A stretch of 64,000 bases of DNA from an uncultured bacterium (GTDB lineage: Bacteria; Patescibacteriota; Minisyncoccia; Phycocordibacterales; PALSA-1337): the NCBI GenBank assembly GCA_963848635.1, contig CAWKEA010000006.1, positions 4,419 to 68,418 on the forward strand, given 5' to 3'. Positions 26,783-36,008 of the stretch are shown here, in pieces (positions within the stretch are counted from its first letter, which is position 1; every line of letters starts with the position of its first letter). The position numbers and the translations under genes were made by a program. Under the pieces are notes generated by a model. The model was not told the origin of the DNA. It worked only from the letters and a program-made list of their open reading frames with translations, and searched no databases.

Positions 26783-29555
26783 TTATTTCACGTCTTCCAA
26801 TGCCGCTTGTGCTGCTGCGAGGCGAGCGACTGGCACGCGGAACGGCGAACAAGAAACGTACGTGAGGCCGATCTTGTGGCAGAATTTCACGCTGGCTGGG
26901 TCGCCGCCGTGCTCGCCGCAGATGCCCATCTTGATTCCCGGCCGGGTTTTGTTTCCCTTTTCTGCTGCGATCTTCATGAGCTGGCCGACGCCGGTCTGGT
27001 CGATCGAGGCGAACGGATTGGCTTTGACTATCTCGTTCTCCTGATATGCGCCGATGAACGAACCCGAGTCGTCGCGGCTCATGCCAAGGCATGTCTGAGT
27101 GAGGTCGTTCGTGCCAAAGCTGAAGAATTGCGCCGTCTCTGCAATCTCGTCGGCCGTGAGGGCGCCGCGAGGGATCTCGATCATAGTGCCGACCATATAG
27201 TCGAGCTTGACCTTTTTCTCGGCCATGACCTCTTTTGCGACGCGATGAACGACTGCGACCTGCAAATCGAGCTCTTTCTTGAATCCGACAAGCGGAATCA
27301 TGACTTCTGGCTTGACCTTGATGCCCATTTTCTGGACCTCTGCTGCAGCTTCAAAGACTGCGCGAGCCTGCATCTCGGAGATCTCCGGATAGACGATGCC
27401 GAGGCGGCAGCCGCGGAAGCCGAGCATCGGATTGAATTCATGGAGCTCTTCGACGCGGGCTTGTATTTTCTCTACTGGCACTGACAATTTGTCGGCAAGG
27501 TCTTTCTGTGCGGCCTCTTCATGAGGAAGGAATTCGTGGAGCGGCGGATCGAGGAAGCGGATGGTGGCCGGAAAGCCGTTCGAGCTCCTTGAACATGCCG
27601 ACGAAGTCTGATTTCTGATATGGCAAGATCTTTGCGAGGGCTTTCTTGCGATCGTCGACATTGTCAGCGAGGATCATCTCGCGCATCGCATCGATGCGGT
27701 CTCCTTCAAAAAACATATGCTCGGTGCGAGTCAATCCGATGCCTGTCGCGCCGAACGCGAGGGCATTCGCAGTCTGTTCCGGCGTGTCGGCGTTCGTGCG
27801 GACCTGCAGTTTCGTTGCTTTTGCGCACCAGTCCATCAATGTCTTATACATTCTGTAAGTCTCGCTGTCTTTTGGATCGAGCGTCTTGTTGATAAGGACT
27901 TGGATGATCTCTGATGGAGCGGTCTTTATCTGGCCTGCGTACACATTGCCGACTGTGCCATTGATAGAGAGGAAATCGCCTTCCTTGAGCGTAATGCCGT
28001 CGACAGTCAATGTCTTCTTTTCATAGTCGATCTGGAGCGCGCTGACGCCGCAGACGCAGATCTTGCCCATCTGGCGAGCGACGAGCGCCGCGTGCGAGCT
28101 GACGCCGCCTTTTGCGGTGAGAATGCCTTCGGCTGCGATCATGCCGCGGAGGTCTTCTGGTGTCGTTTCAGCGCGGACGAGGATGACTTTTTCGCCTTTC
28201 TGTTCAGCTGCTACCGCCTTGTCTGCGTTGAAGTAAATTTTGCCGCATGCTGCGCCCGGTCCGGCTGGCAGGCCTTTGGCGATTATTTTTGCCGCCTTTT
28301 CGGCCTTGACATCGAATATAGGCGCGAGGAGCTGGTCGAGCTGATCGGCGGGATTGCGGCGGATCGCTGTCTTCCAATCGATGACTTTTTCCTTGACCAT
28401 ATCCATTGAAATTTTGAGAGCGGCCAGAGCAGTTCTCTTGCCATTTCTTGTCTGGAGCATGAATACCTTGCCCTCCTGGATGGTGAATTCAAAATCCTGC
28501 ACGTCCTTAAAATGTTTCTCGAGTTTTGCACGGATCTCATTCAATTCCTTGAATGCCTTTGGCATCTTGTTGACTAATTGCGCGACAGGCTCCGGAGTGC
28601 GAACGCCTGCGACGACATCTTCGCCTTGCGCATTGATCAAAAATTCTCCATAAAATTCTTTGACGCCATTTGCTGGGTTACGGGTGAATGCGACGCCTGA
28701 TCCTGAATTCTCGCCCGTGTTTCCGTAGACCATGGCCTGAACGTTGACCGCCGTTCCCCATTCTGTCGGGATGCCGTATTTGCGGCGATAGACGATGGCG
28801 CGATCGTTCATCCATGAGCCAAAGACTGCGCCGACCGAGCCCCAGAGCTGTTTCCATGGGTCCTGTGGGAATTCCTTGTTCGTGCGCTCCTTGATGAGAG
28901 CTTTGAATCGCTTGACCAACTCGCGCAGATCGTCGACGGTCATTTTCGTGTCCTCGATCTCAGCTTGATAGAGATCATGCTTGAGCTTGTGGATGATCAC
29001 TTCGAACGGCTCGTGGTCCTCATTGGCGCGCTTTTGCACTCCCATGACGACGTCGCCGTACATCTGGATGAAGCGACGGTAGCAGTCCCAGGCGAAGCGC
29101 TCGTTTTTGGTCGCATTAGCGAGAGCGATGACCGTCTTGTCGTTCAAACCGAGGTTCAAAATCGTGTCCATCATGCCCGGCATAGAATCGCGTGCGCCGG
29201 AACGGACTGAGACAAGGAGCGGCATGGCTTTTTCGTCGCCGAATTTGACGCCCATCACTTTCTCGATCGCAGAGATGCCTGTCTTTGCTTCGGCTTCGAG
29301 GCTCTTTGGATATGTTTTTTTATTCGCGTAAAAATAATTGCAGACTTCTGTCGTGACAGTAAAGCCAGGAGGAACCGGCAATCCGATGCGGCCCATTTCT
29401 GCGAGGTTCGCGCCCTTGCCCCCGAGGAGCGGCTTCATGCTTCCGTCGCCGTCTGCCTTCTTGTTGCCGAATTGATAAACGTACTTGACCTTCTTTGCCG
29501 ATTTTACCTTCTTCACTGACTTTGCCTTCTTTGCTGACTTTATTGATTTTGCCAT
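26783..29555 (-). pseudogene. ppdK: pyruvate, phosphate dikinase; interrupted by a single-nucleotide frameshift near 27575-27585 (pseudogene or sequence error)
   Basis: The N-terminal ORF (27519..29555) has the ATP-grasp and PEP-utilizer mobile domain with [16 protein letters not shown]. The C-terminal ORF (26783..27661) has the TIM-barrel [17 protein letters not shown]...NDLTQ. Removing one G in GAGCTCGAACGGC restores ...[17 protein letters not shown], colinear with PPDK consensus. Confidence 0.8.
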
Positions 29556-29640
29556 GTGGATAAAATTATATTAATAAAAAAAATAACGCGATGCCCGTTG
29601 TTCGGCACCAGGTGTTTATGAGCCGATTATACTACATATT

Positions 29641-29714
29641 TTTATTCCGACAAGCGAAAAGCGGCATGGGCGCTTGCGGACATGACGAACGAGCGCAGTC
29701 GGAAGAAAGTAAAC
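29641..29714 (+). repeat. GC-rich intergenic repeat family B, copy 2 (upstream of ppdK)
   Basis: tttattccgacaagcgaaaagcggcatgggcgcttgcggacatgacgaacgagcgcagtcggaagaaagtaaac. Confidence 0.6.
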
Positions 29715-29905
29715 TTTATTTTTAGCCTATTTTTACAATGTATATACATTGTAAAAAGCTCGCCTAGAGGACTACCTCGTGTCAGCGAACGGGGATGACT
29801 TATAAAAACAGATCATGGGAATCAGAAAATTTATGGAAATCAAAAAGGGCGCGCCGTCGAACAATACCAGTGCTGGCACGATCAAGACTGATTGCACCCA
29901 ATCGA

Positions 29906-30478
29906 TTATTTTTTCTTGCCCTTAGAGAATTTTTTGCCGGAGTATTTTTTGCTTTTGACCTGCGGCAGAATAGTATCGACGGAAGAGTCAACCTGTTTCA
30001 AGCTGGGGGCCGAGGCGCCTATGGTCTGCATGATGCTCTCGAGCTTGGCATTCATTGCCTCAAGCCTTTGTTTGATATCTATCAGAGTGCGATCCCCTTC
30101 TTGACTGAATTGAGGTTTGAATTCAGTCTTGAATTCAGTTTTGAATTCGGGCCTGCGCGAAGATGGGCGGTCAAAATCTCTCTTCGGAGCAAAATGGTCG
30201 TTCGATCCTTGCGGACCTTGCGAACCTTGCGGTGGCATATTCGAAGGGCCGCCGTTCTTTGCAAAACATTCCCTGCAGTAGACAGGTTTTTTCCCATTCG
30301 GACGAAAAGGCACCTCGCACGATTTGCCGCATGAAGCGCAGGTAGCTTGGAACATCTCGAGAGGGCGGCCAAAGCCTCTGCCACTCGGACGGCCAAAGCC
30401 CCTCCTATCGGAGGAACCGCCGAATCGATTGTTTTTGTTGAAGTCGTTCATGAGAAGATTGAGACGTGATGGTATCAT
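29906..30478 (-). CDS. zinc-ribbon protein with Gly/Arg-rich N-terminal region
   Basis: CASCGKSC...CRECF is a CxxC...CxxC ribbon. It is preceded by RGFGRPSGRGFGRP repeats. Confidence 0.55.
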   Translation of the reverse strand: MIPSRLNLLMNDFNKNNRFGGSSDRRGFGRPSGRGFGRPLEMFQATCASCGKSCEVPFRPNGKKPVYCRECFAKNGGPSNMPPQGSQGPQGSNDHFAPKRDFDRPSSRRPEFKTEFKTEFKPQFSQEGDRTLIDIKQRLEAMNAKLESIMQTIGASAPSLKQVDSSVDTILPQVKSKKYSGKKFSKGKKK

Positions 30479-30544
30479 CTATTGTCTGAAATAACAAGAA
30501 AAAAGACTGACCCCGTGGTCAGCCTTGTGATGTTCGACCGAATA

Positions 30545-32065
30545 TCAAGCCGCAACTACAGCCCGAGCTGTCGATGATTTCGGATTCGGTGCAGGATAGA
30601 ACTTGGCAAGCTTGAGGATAATCGCCGCCCGCGCTTCCCAGGTGGGATTCTTGACCGACCTAGCCAGACGAAGGATGTCTTTCAGCTCGCCGCAAACTTC
30701 GAGCATGCGCAGGACGACGTGCGTCTGAGCGTCACGCTTACTGCCATAACCATCGCTGAAGTGCGTAGCGAGTAGTTCGAACCCATCATTCGGTTCATGG
30801 ATGCACTCCAGAACCTTCTTGAAGCCGAGTACGCGCTGTTCATCCCGTTGCCTTCCGGCCGCACAATTCCAAACCTTGAGCGCATCCGAGAATGCAATGA
30901 CGAACGTGAGCATCTTCGCATAAGCGGCTGTCGAATGAGTGCGATCGAACAACCTGGTGACGGCAGTCCAGTCATCGCCACAGAGTGATAGCCAAATGTC
31001 ATGGGCTTCTCGTTCCTCTTCCGATTCATCCCGCACAAGGCCATAGAGTTGTTCGGCCATGTCGGGATTCGACGCTGTCTCCATCATTTTCCTCCAGCAC
31101 TTCCCTCGGGTTTCAAAGTCACTGGTGGATTGATACATCGCCATCGCTTCGGCAAATGTTTTCGGATCACCCGGCGTAAGCGCTTGATCGATTTTCTTTT
31201 GAAGCCTGTCACTGCTCTGTGGCAGACCCGCGACATCCCCGCGCATGGACTCGAGCTTATCGAGCCCGTTGGTTTTTTCAACCCTGCGGAGGACGATCAC
31301 GTCCAACACCGCATAGACGATATTCTTGTATTCGCCCCCGCACTGACTGCCCTGGTCACGGATGAATGCTCTCAGTTCTTTTTCATTGCGGTTTTTTGAT
31401 TTAAGAAACTTCCTGAAGGCCTCGTACCGGAGATCCTGCGGAATCTGGTCAAGAGCCTTGAAAGCCGCAGAAATGGCCATACGCTTGACCGACTTCAAGA
31501 AGCTGTCCATCAGCCGGGGCAACGCCCTCGACCGGATACTCTTCGTATCTTCATGACCGCCATGATGGGATGTTTTGCTTCCGTGCTGATACAGGTAGAC
31601 AAAGTCCTTGAGAACCTTGGCCAACGGAAACAATTGTTCGAGAATCGCCTCCGGACAACCACCGTAATACAAGTAACCGCGAGCCCTGCATCTTTCAACG
31701 ACGGCGGTGATGTCAGTGAACGTATTCCGGAATGACGCACACTTGATAATGGCCGCCAGGAGGAGATCGGGGTCTTCCAGTCCCTCGCCGGTAGGAATGC
31801 GATCGAAGGCCTTGTCTGCCGATGAGGCATCCTTGGCCGCCGCCACCTCCTCAGTTGAAAGCTCGATCCATTTTGCATGGGCGGCCTTCCAGAGCTTTGA
31901 GTGACGGCCTGCTTTCAAAGAGACTCTCTTCACGTTCTCGATCGAATCGAGAGGCAGAGTGCACACCTCGTACGCCTCTCTCGTGTACCAGAAACCTCCG
32001 CCGAGAGCGCTTTCCAATGCGCTGAAATCAACGGCTGGTACCGCTGGAGTTTTCTTATCATTCAT
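30545..32065 (-). CDS. hypothetical protein (506 aa)
   Basis: Intact GC-rich ORF; no motif recognised. Confidence 0.6.
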   Translation of the reverse strand: MNDKKTPAVPAVDFSALESALGGGFWYTREAYEVCTLPLDSIENVKRVSLKAGRHSKLWKAAHAKWIELSTEEVAAAKDASSADKAFDRIPTGEGLEDPDLLLAAIIKCASFRNTFTDITAVVERCRARGYLYYGGCPEAILEQLFPLAKVLKDFVYLYQHGSKTSHHGGHEDTKSIRSRALPRLMDSFLKSVKRMAISAAFKALDQIPQDLRYEAFRKFLKSKNRNEKELRAFIRDQGSQCGGEYKNIVYAVLDVIVLRRVEKTNGLDKLESMRGDVAGLPQSSDRLQKKIDQALTPGDPKTFAEAMAMYQSTSDFETRGKCWRKMMETASNPDMAEQLYGLVRDESEEEREAHDIWLSLCGDDWTAVTRLFDRTHSTAAYAKMLTFVIAFSDALKVWNCAAGRQRDEQRVLGFKKVLECIHEPNDGFELLATHFSDGYGSKRDAQTHVVLRMLEVCGELKDILRLARSVKNPTWEARAAIILKLAKFYPAPNPKSSTARAVVAA

Positions 32066-32162
32066 AGTCTTTCCTTATTCTTTTGTAGCCTGTCCTTCTG
32101 GGACAGACGGCTTTCTATCCTGAATCTACAATGCCTGTTATACAATGTCAAGCACTACTTCG

Positions 32163-33362
32163 GTAACTCCTCACAACTCTGAGCGGCGCTTGTGGATAAA
32201 TACCTAGATTTCACAAGGGTTTTTTGGTAAAATGAGGGTATAAATGAGAGGTCAATTAAGCAGAGAAAGTAGGCTAGAAATCAACGTCACGAGGCTCAAA
32301 AACAATGCCTTACGGTTTCGCTCCACCATCAAGGAACTGAAACAGGTAATCAAGGAAAAAGACAGAAAAATACTTGAATTGGAAGCAAAACTAGTAGACA
32401 AAGAGTCTCAAAGGAAGGAATTGCTCTCATATCTCTACAAGCCAGGCAAGAAAGATCATACATCAATACCCCGAGGCAAGAAACTTGGCGCTCCCGCATT
32501 CCATAGGCCGATTCCTCCGGAGAGCACTGTTACCAAGGAATATTCATATACCTTGAAACAATGCCCGATATGCAAAGAATCGGTTGGCAAGGTCGTTGAT
32601 ACGGTAATCAAGTATACGGAGGACATCGACCTAAAGCCGAGACCAATGGTTACCAAGCATACCATTACCAGACATTGGTGCTCTCATTGCGAGACGTATG
32701 TAAAAGATCCTAATGTTCCTACGATTACAAGGATCGGAAAAAATGCTCTTGGATACGTTCTCTACGCCAGATATCGATTACGCCTACCAATGGAAAGGAT
32801 CAAGGAAAGCTTGCTTGATCTCTACAACTTCAAAATCTCCGAGGGTGAAATCGTGGCCACGTTAAAGGATGCTGAAGCTCTTTTTGGCAAAGATTATGAG
32901 GCCATCAAGGTTATGATCCAAGAAGCAAAAGCCGTATACGCCGATGAAACAGGCTGGAGAATGGACGGCAAGAATTGGTGGTTGTGGGTCTTTGCAACAA
33001 CCAAGGGTACGCAGTATGTGATTGAAGATACAAGAGGTATTCGACTTCCTTTTAAAGAAAGAATACCCTGATCCACTCGTTGATCTTGTAAAAAACCGCA
33101 TGCAAAAACATCGACCTTTTCTCTTCACTTGCATTGACCATGACGATGTCCTGCCAGAGAACAACACAGCTGAACGTGCCATCAGACCGCAAGTTGTTAT
33201 GCGTAAAATCTTTGGAGGTTCTCGATCATTGGCTGGAGCTAAAGCCCATGAAGTCAATTCCTCCGTCCTCGAAACCCTGCGCAAACAGAATCCGGATACC
33301 AATTTCTTCGATGTCGTAATACCCTTGCTAGAGAAGCGCCGCTCAGAGTTGTGAGGAGTTAC
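32163..33362 (+). mobile_element. IS66-derived non-autonomous element with perfect 29-bp terminal inverted repeats
   Basis: IRL GTAACTCCTCACAACTCTGAGCGGCGCTT (32163..32191) is the exact reverse complement of 33334..33362. The element encloses a degraded IS66 tnpC. Confidence 0.75.
32244..33354 (+). pseudogene. IS66-family transposase (TnpC) remnant: frameshifted and internally deleted
   Basis: N-terminal coiled coil plus zinc finger CPICKE...CSHCE. Start of the DDE domain YADETGWRMDGKNWWLWVF. C-terminal NNTAERAIRPQVVMRKIFGGSRSLAGAKAHE. About 150 aa of the catalytic domain are missing between them. The remnant is split over two frames (32244..33071 and 33022..33354). No tnpA or tnpB. Confidence 0.7.
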
Positions 33363-33559
33363 ATTCGTCCAGGATGTAATTCTTCTAGGATGTATTACCT
33401 GATTTGTCGTTCATTTAGAATATTGGGGAACCGAAAGATGCGACCGATCCGATGGATGGTCGGGATGATAGTAGTGCAGTGGTAAAATGAAGGTGGGGAT
33501 CAAACTTGCCAGAATTAGTAAATTATTCCGCCGACTTTAACTAAATACATTATTGATGT

Positions 33560-34030
33560 ATGATGATTTTGATCGTTCTTCACAAATACACACCTATGAA
33601 TAGTAAAGACGAGTTCGCGAGACTCATAACACTCGCTTCAACCCCTGCGGGTTGGTCAGAGATCGAGGCTCCATTTTTCGATAGTGCCAACGAGGTTGGA
33701 TTCGCATTCGATCTTAACTCACGGAAATACGAGATTGGTAATCCTGGTGACAGCCATATCCAAGCAAAAACGGACCTGCTTCATCGTTTGCTTCACGAGA
33801 TGAGCGCCGCAGAATACGAGAAATCTGAAAAAATGCTTATACAAGGAAGGATGGTGAAATTACCAGGTTTCTCGTTTCCAATCCTTCTGTTGCTTTGCCT
33901 TAATGAAAAAAGTCTTGGGATCATTGAGCCACGAATCTTGGAAATGGGGATTGCCTTGCCAGTCGGGCTACTTTTCTTGAAGAATAACCCGAATCTAGTC
34001 CAGCACATCACATCGAGCACCGCGCTTTAA
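33560..34030 (+). CDS. hypothetical protein
   Basis: 156-aa ORF; no motif recognised. Confidence 0.4.
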   Translation: MMILIVLHKYTPMNSKDEFARLITLASTPAGWSEIEAPFFDSANEVGFAFDLNSRKYEIGNPGDSHIQAKTDLLHRLLHEMSAAEYEKSEKMLIQGRMVKLPGFSFPILLLLCLNEKSLGIIEPRILEMGIALPVGLLFLKNNPNLVQHITSSTAL

Positions 34031-34370
34031 CCAAATCCATTCACTACACAACACCTGCGATTACTTCAATGGTGTTTTTTATTCCTCTTATTTAACAACT
34101 CTGTCCGAGAACTCATATTTTACATAACCCTCCCCGGTAAGAATCAACAAAGCCTCGAACTCTTCGACAAAAGAAAAACCGCCCTAGTGAGCGGTTTTCT
34201 TAAATTTGTTACTTAACACAAGTTTGGTGACCCTAGTTGTCGACGGTTGGAAACAAATGATTAAGGAAATAACGACTTGGAGTAAGTTCAGAAACACAAG
34301 AGATGATAATGTACAATAAAAATTGACATATCTGCTAAATAATAATATATTAATAAAAATCAGTTCCTGG

Positions 34371-35443
34371 CACCTCAACCCCTCAATTTGAACGCTCAAT
34401 ATTTCGATTAAGACGCGCCGCTAGGCGCTGTTTTTGTCTCTTTTCTTTCTCGTATGCTTCATCCGGAGTGAGCGAATTCAATACTCCCATAAATCTCCTG
34501 TTCATCTTCTCCTCTAGCTTTTTGATGAATTCCCTGGAATATTTGGAGATGTCGGATCCTTTTGGAATATATCGCCGCAAACTTTTGTTCAGTTGCTCGA
34601 TTGAAGGCTTCTCCCAAGGGGAATGCTCGTGGCAGAAGTAGATCTTGATTGAGAGTACTTTCTCCAGTCTCTTGTGTTCCAGAAGAAGAAGGTCGTTGTC
34701 GAAAGTGATCGTTTGCATCTCCGGATATCGATTCTTCATGCGTACAAGTGCTCGCTCTACGTTTCTGACGGACACCGGCAAAATCTTTTCCAGGAGATTC
34801 TTTCTTACCTTCCTGTCTCGAAGCCCCAAGACCATTCCTTTTCCGGATTTCCCCGAGACTATGAAGTCTCCCTCGAAGTGACCTAATCCCCAACGCATGT
34901 TGATTTTCATGGGTCTTTTGTCGATCATGCGCTTGTCCTTCAAGCGTTTGCGGCTTCCTTTGCGTCTCTTTCTCTTTCCGAATATCTTCTTCCTGTGAGA
35001 TTCAATCTTTCTTCCGTACGGACTCCGGATATATCTTCTCACGGCCGAGCCGGAGACATACGGCAGGCCCTTCTCGACGTTCTTCAATCTTCTAGCGATT
35101 TCCTCCGGCTCCTGGTCGTCCATGAGATGATACTCGACGAACGCGCGGAGGTCCGGATTGGAGGCGATCTTCTTACCTTCCTTTCTCTTGGCTCTCATGC
35201 GTACGCGCGAGATGTGTCGAGCATATTCCGCGTCGTACTTCCTGCCTTTCCTGCGCTTCTGGAGTTCGTACCAGATACCGCTCTTGGGACGTTTGAAGGT
35301 CTTGGCTATGTCCGATATCGAATGACCTTTCTCTATGAGTATCTCGATGTCTCTGCGGTCCGCGCACGAAAATCGCGACCATTTTCTGTTTTTTTCATGT
35401 GCTAATCATACACGAATCGTTCAAATCTCAAAGACAAATCACC
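34371..35443 (-). mobile_element. IS30-family-like insertion sequence (diverged copy), inserted between the R promoter and the R-ORF start codon
   Basis: Present in R copy A and absent from the otherwise identical R copy B, which is the empty site. CCTGG is duplicated at the junctions. Imperfect terminal repeats contain ATTTGAACG. Confidence 0.8.
34383..35398 (-). CDS. IS30-family transposase (diverged), with the same ATG-A7/-1-frame architecture
   Basis: Same signatures as the other IS30 transposase (GDFIVSGKSG, TFDNDLLL, HSPWEKPSIEQLNKSLRRYIPKGSDIS), at roughly 45% identity by eye. The upstream in-frame HTH (DRRDIEILIEKGHSISDIAKTF) lies in the -1 frame relative to the ATG at 35398, which is followed by A7. 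Confidence 0.75.
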
Positions 35444-35451
35444 CCTGGGGA

Positions 35452-35784
35452 ATGAAAGGACCCCAATATATGGACCGTAAACAAAGAGAAAAGGAAATGC
35501 GTGAGATGTATCCGAAACAGTTCAACCATCCAGAAATAAGGCCGGGTGAAATCTGGCTGGGGGATCAGATCTTTGATTTGGCCATTGCACATCAAATGAT
35601 ATATTCGACAAATGGTTTGCCAAACACCAGGCTCGGGAATCCTTCGCTGAGGGAACGCGAGGGGTGCGGCGATTTCAAGTTTGACTATCGTCCCCTGTTT
35701 GCAGACCTGCAAGAAGTCCTGGCACTCGAAGAAAAGAGTGCTCAGGAAAAAAAGCAAGGACAAGAAATGCCTGGTTCAAGCTAG
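35452..35784 (+). CDS. hypothetical 110-aa protein encoded in repeat R (copy A)
   Basis: MKGPQYMDRKQREKEMREMYPKQFNHPEIRPGEIWLGDQIFDLAIAHQMIY...; identical to 40431..40763. Confidence 0.45.
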   Translation: MKGPQYMDRKQREKEMREMYPKQFNHPEIRPGEIWLGDQIFDLAIAHQMIYSTNGLPNTRLGNPSLREREGCGDFKFDYRPLFADLQEVLALEEKSAQEKKQGQEMPGSS

Positions 35785-36008
35785 AAGATCCACTCAGACA
35801 AAATTCAATATTTTCGACAGACATTGCTGTCTGTCGTTTTTTACCCATTTGTGACCCTATTTAAGGAAAATCTTGAATTTTTGAAGCTCTATCTGAACCA
35901 GGCTTTTTGACGGCGTAATCGCCTTGTGGACGTCGCTCTACAAATAATCTTTTTGGTTTACTCATATACTAGAAGCGTATCACCTAAAACAGATATTAAC
36001 AATGAAAA

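Larger units (their letters stand above)
34227..35885 (+). repeat. 581-bp direct repeat R, copy A, interrupted by an IS30-like insertion (34371..35443)
   Basis: Outside the IS, 34227..34370 plus 35444..35885 are identical to 40284..40864. R carries a TTGACA-N17-TATATT promoter followed by a 110-aa ORF. Confidence 0.85.
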
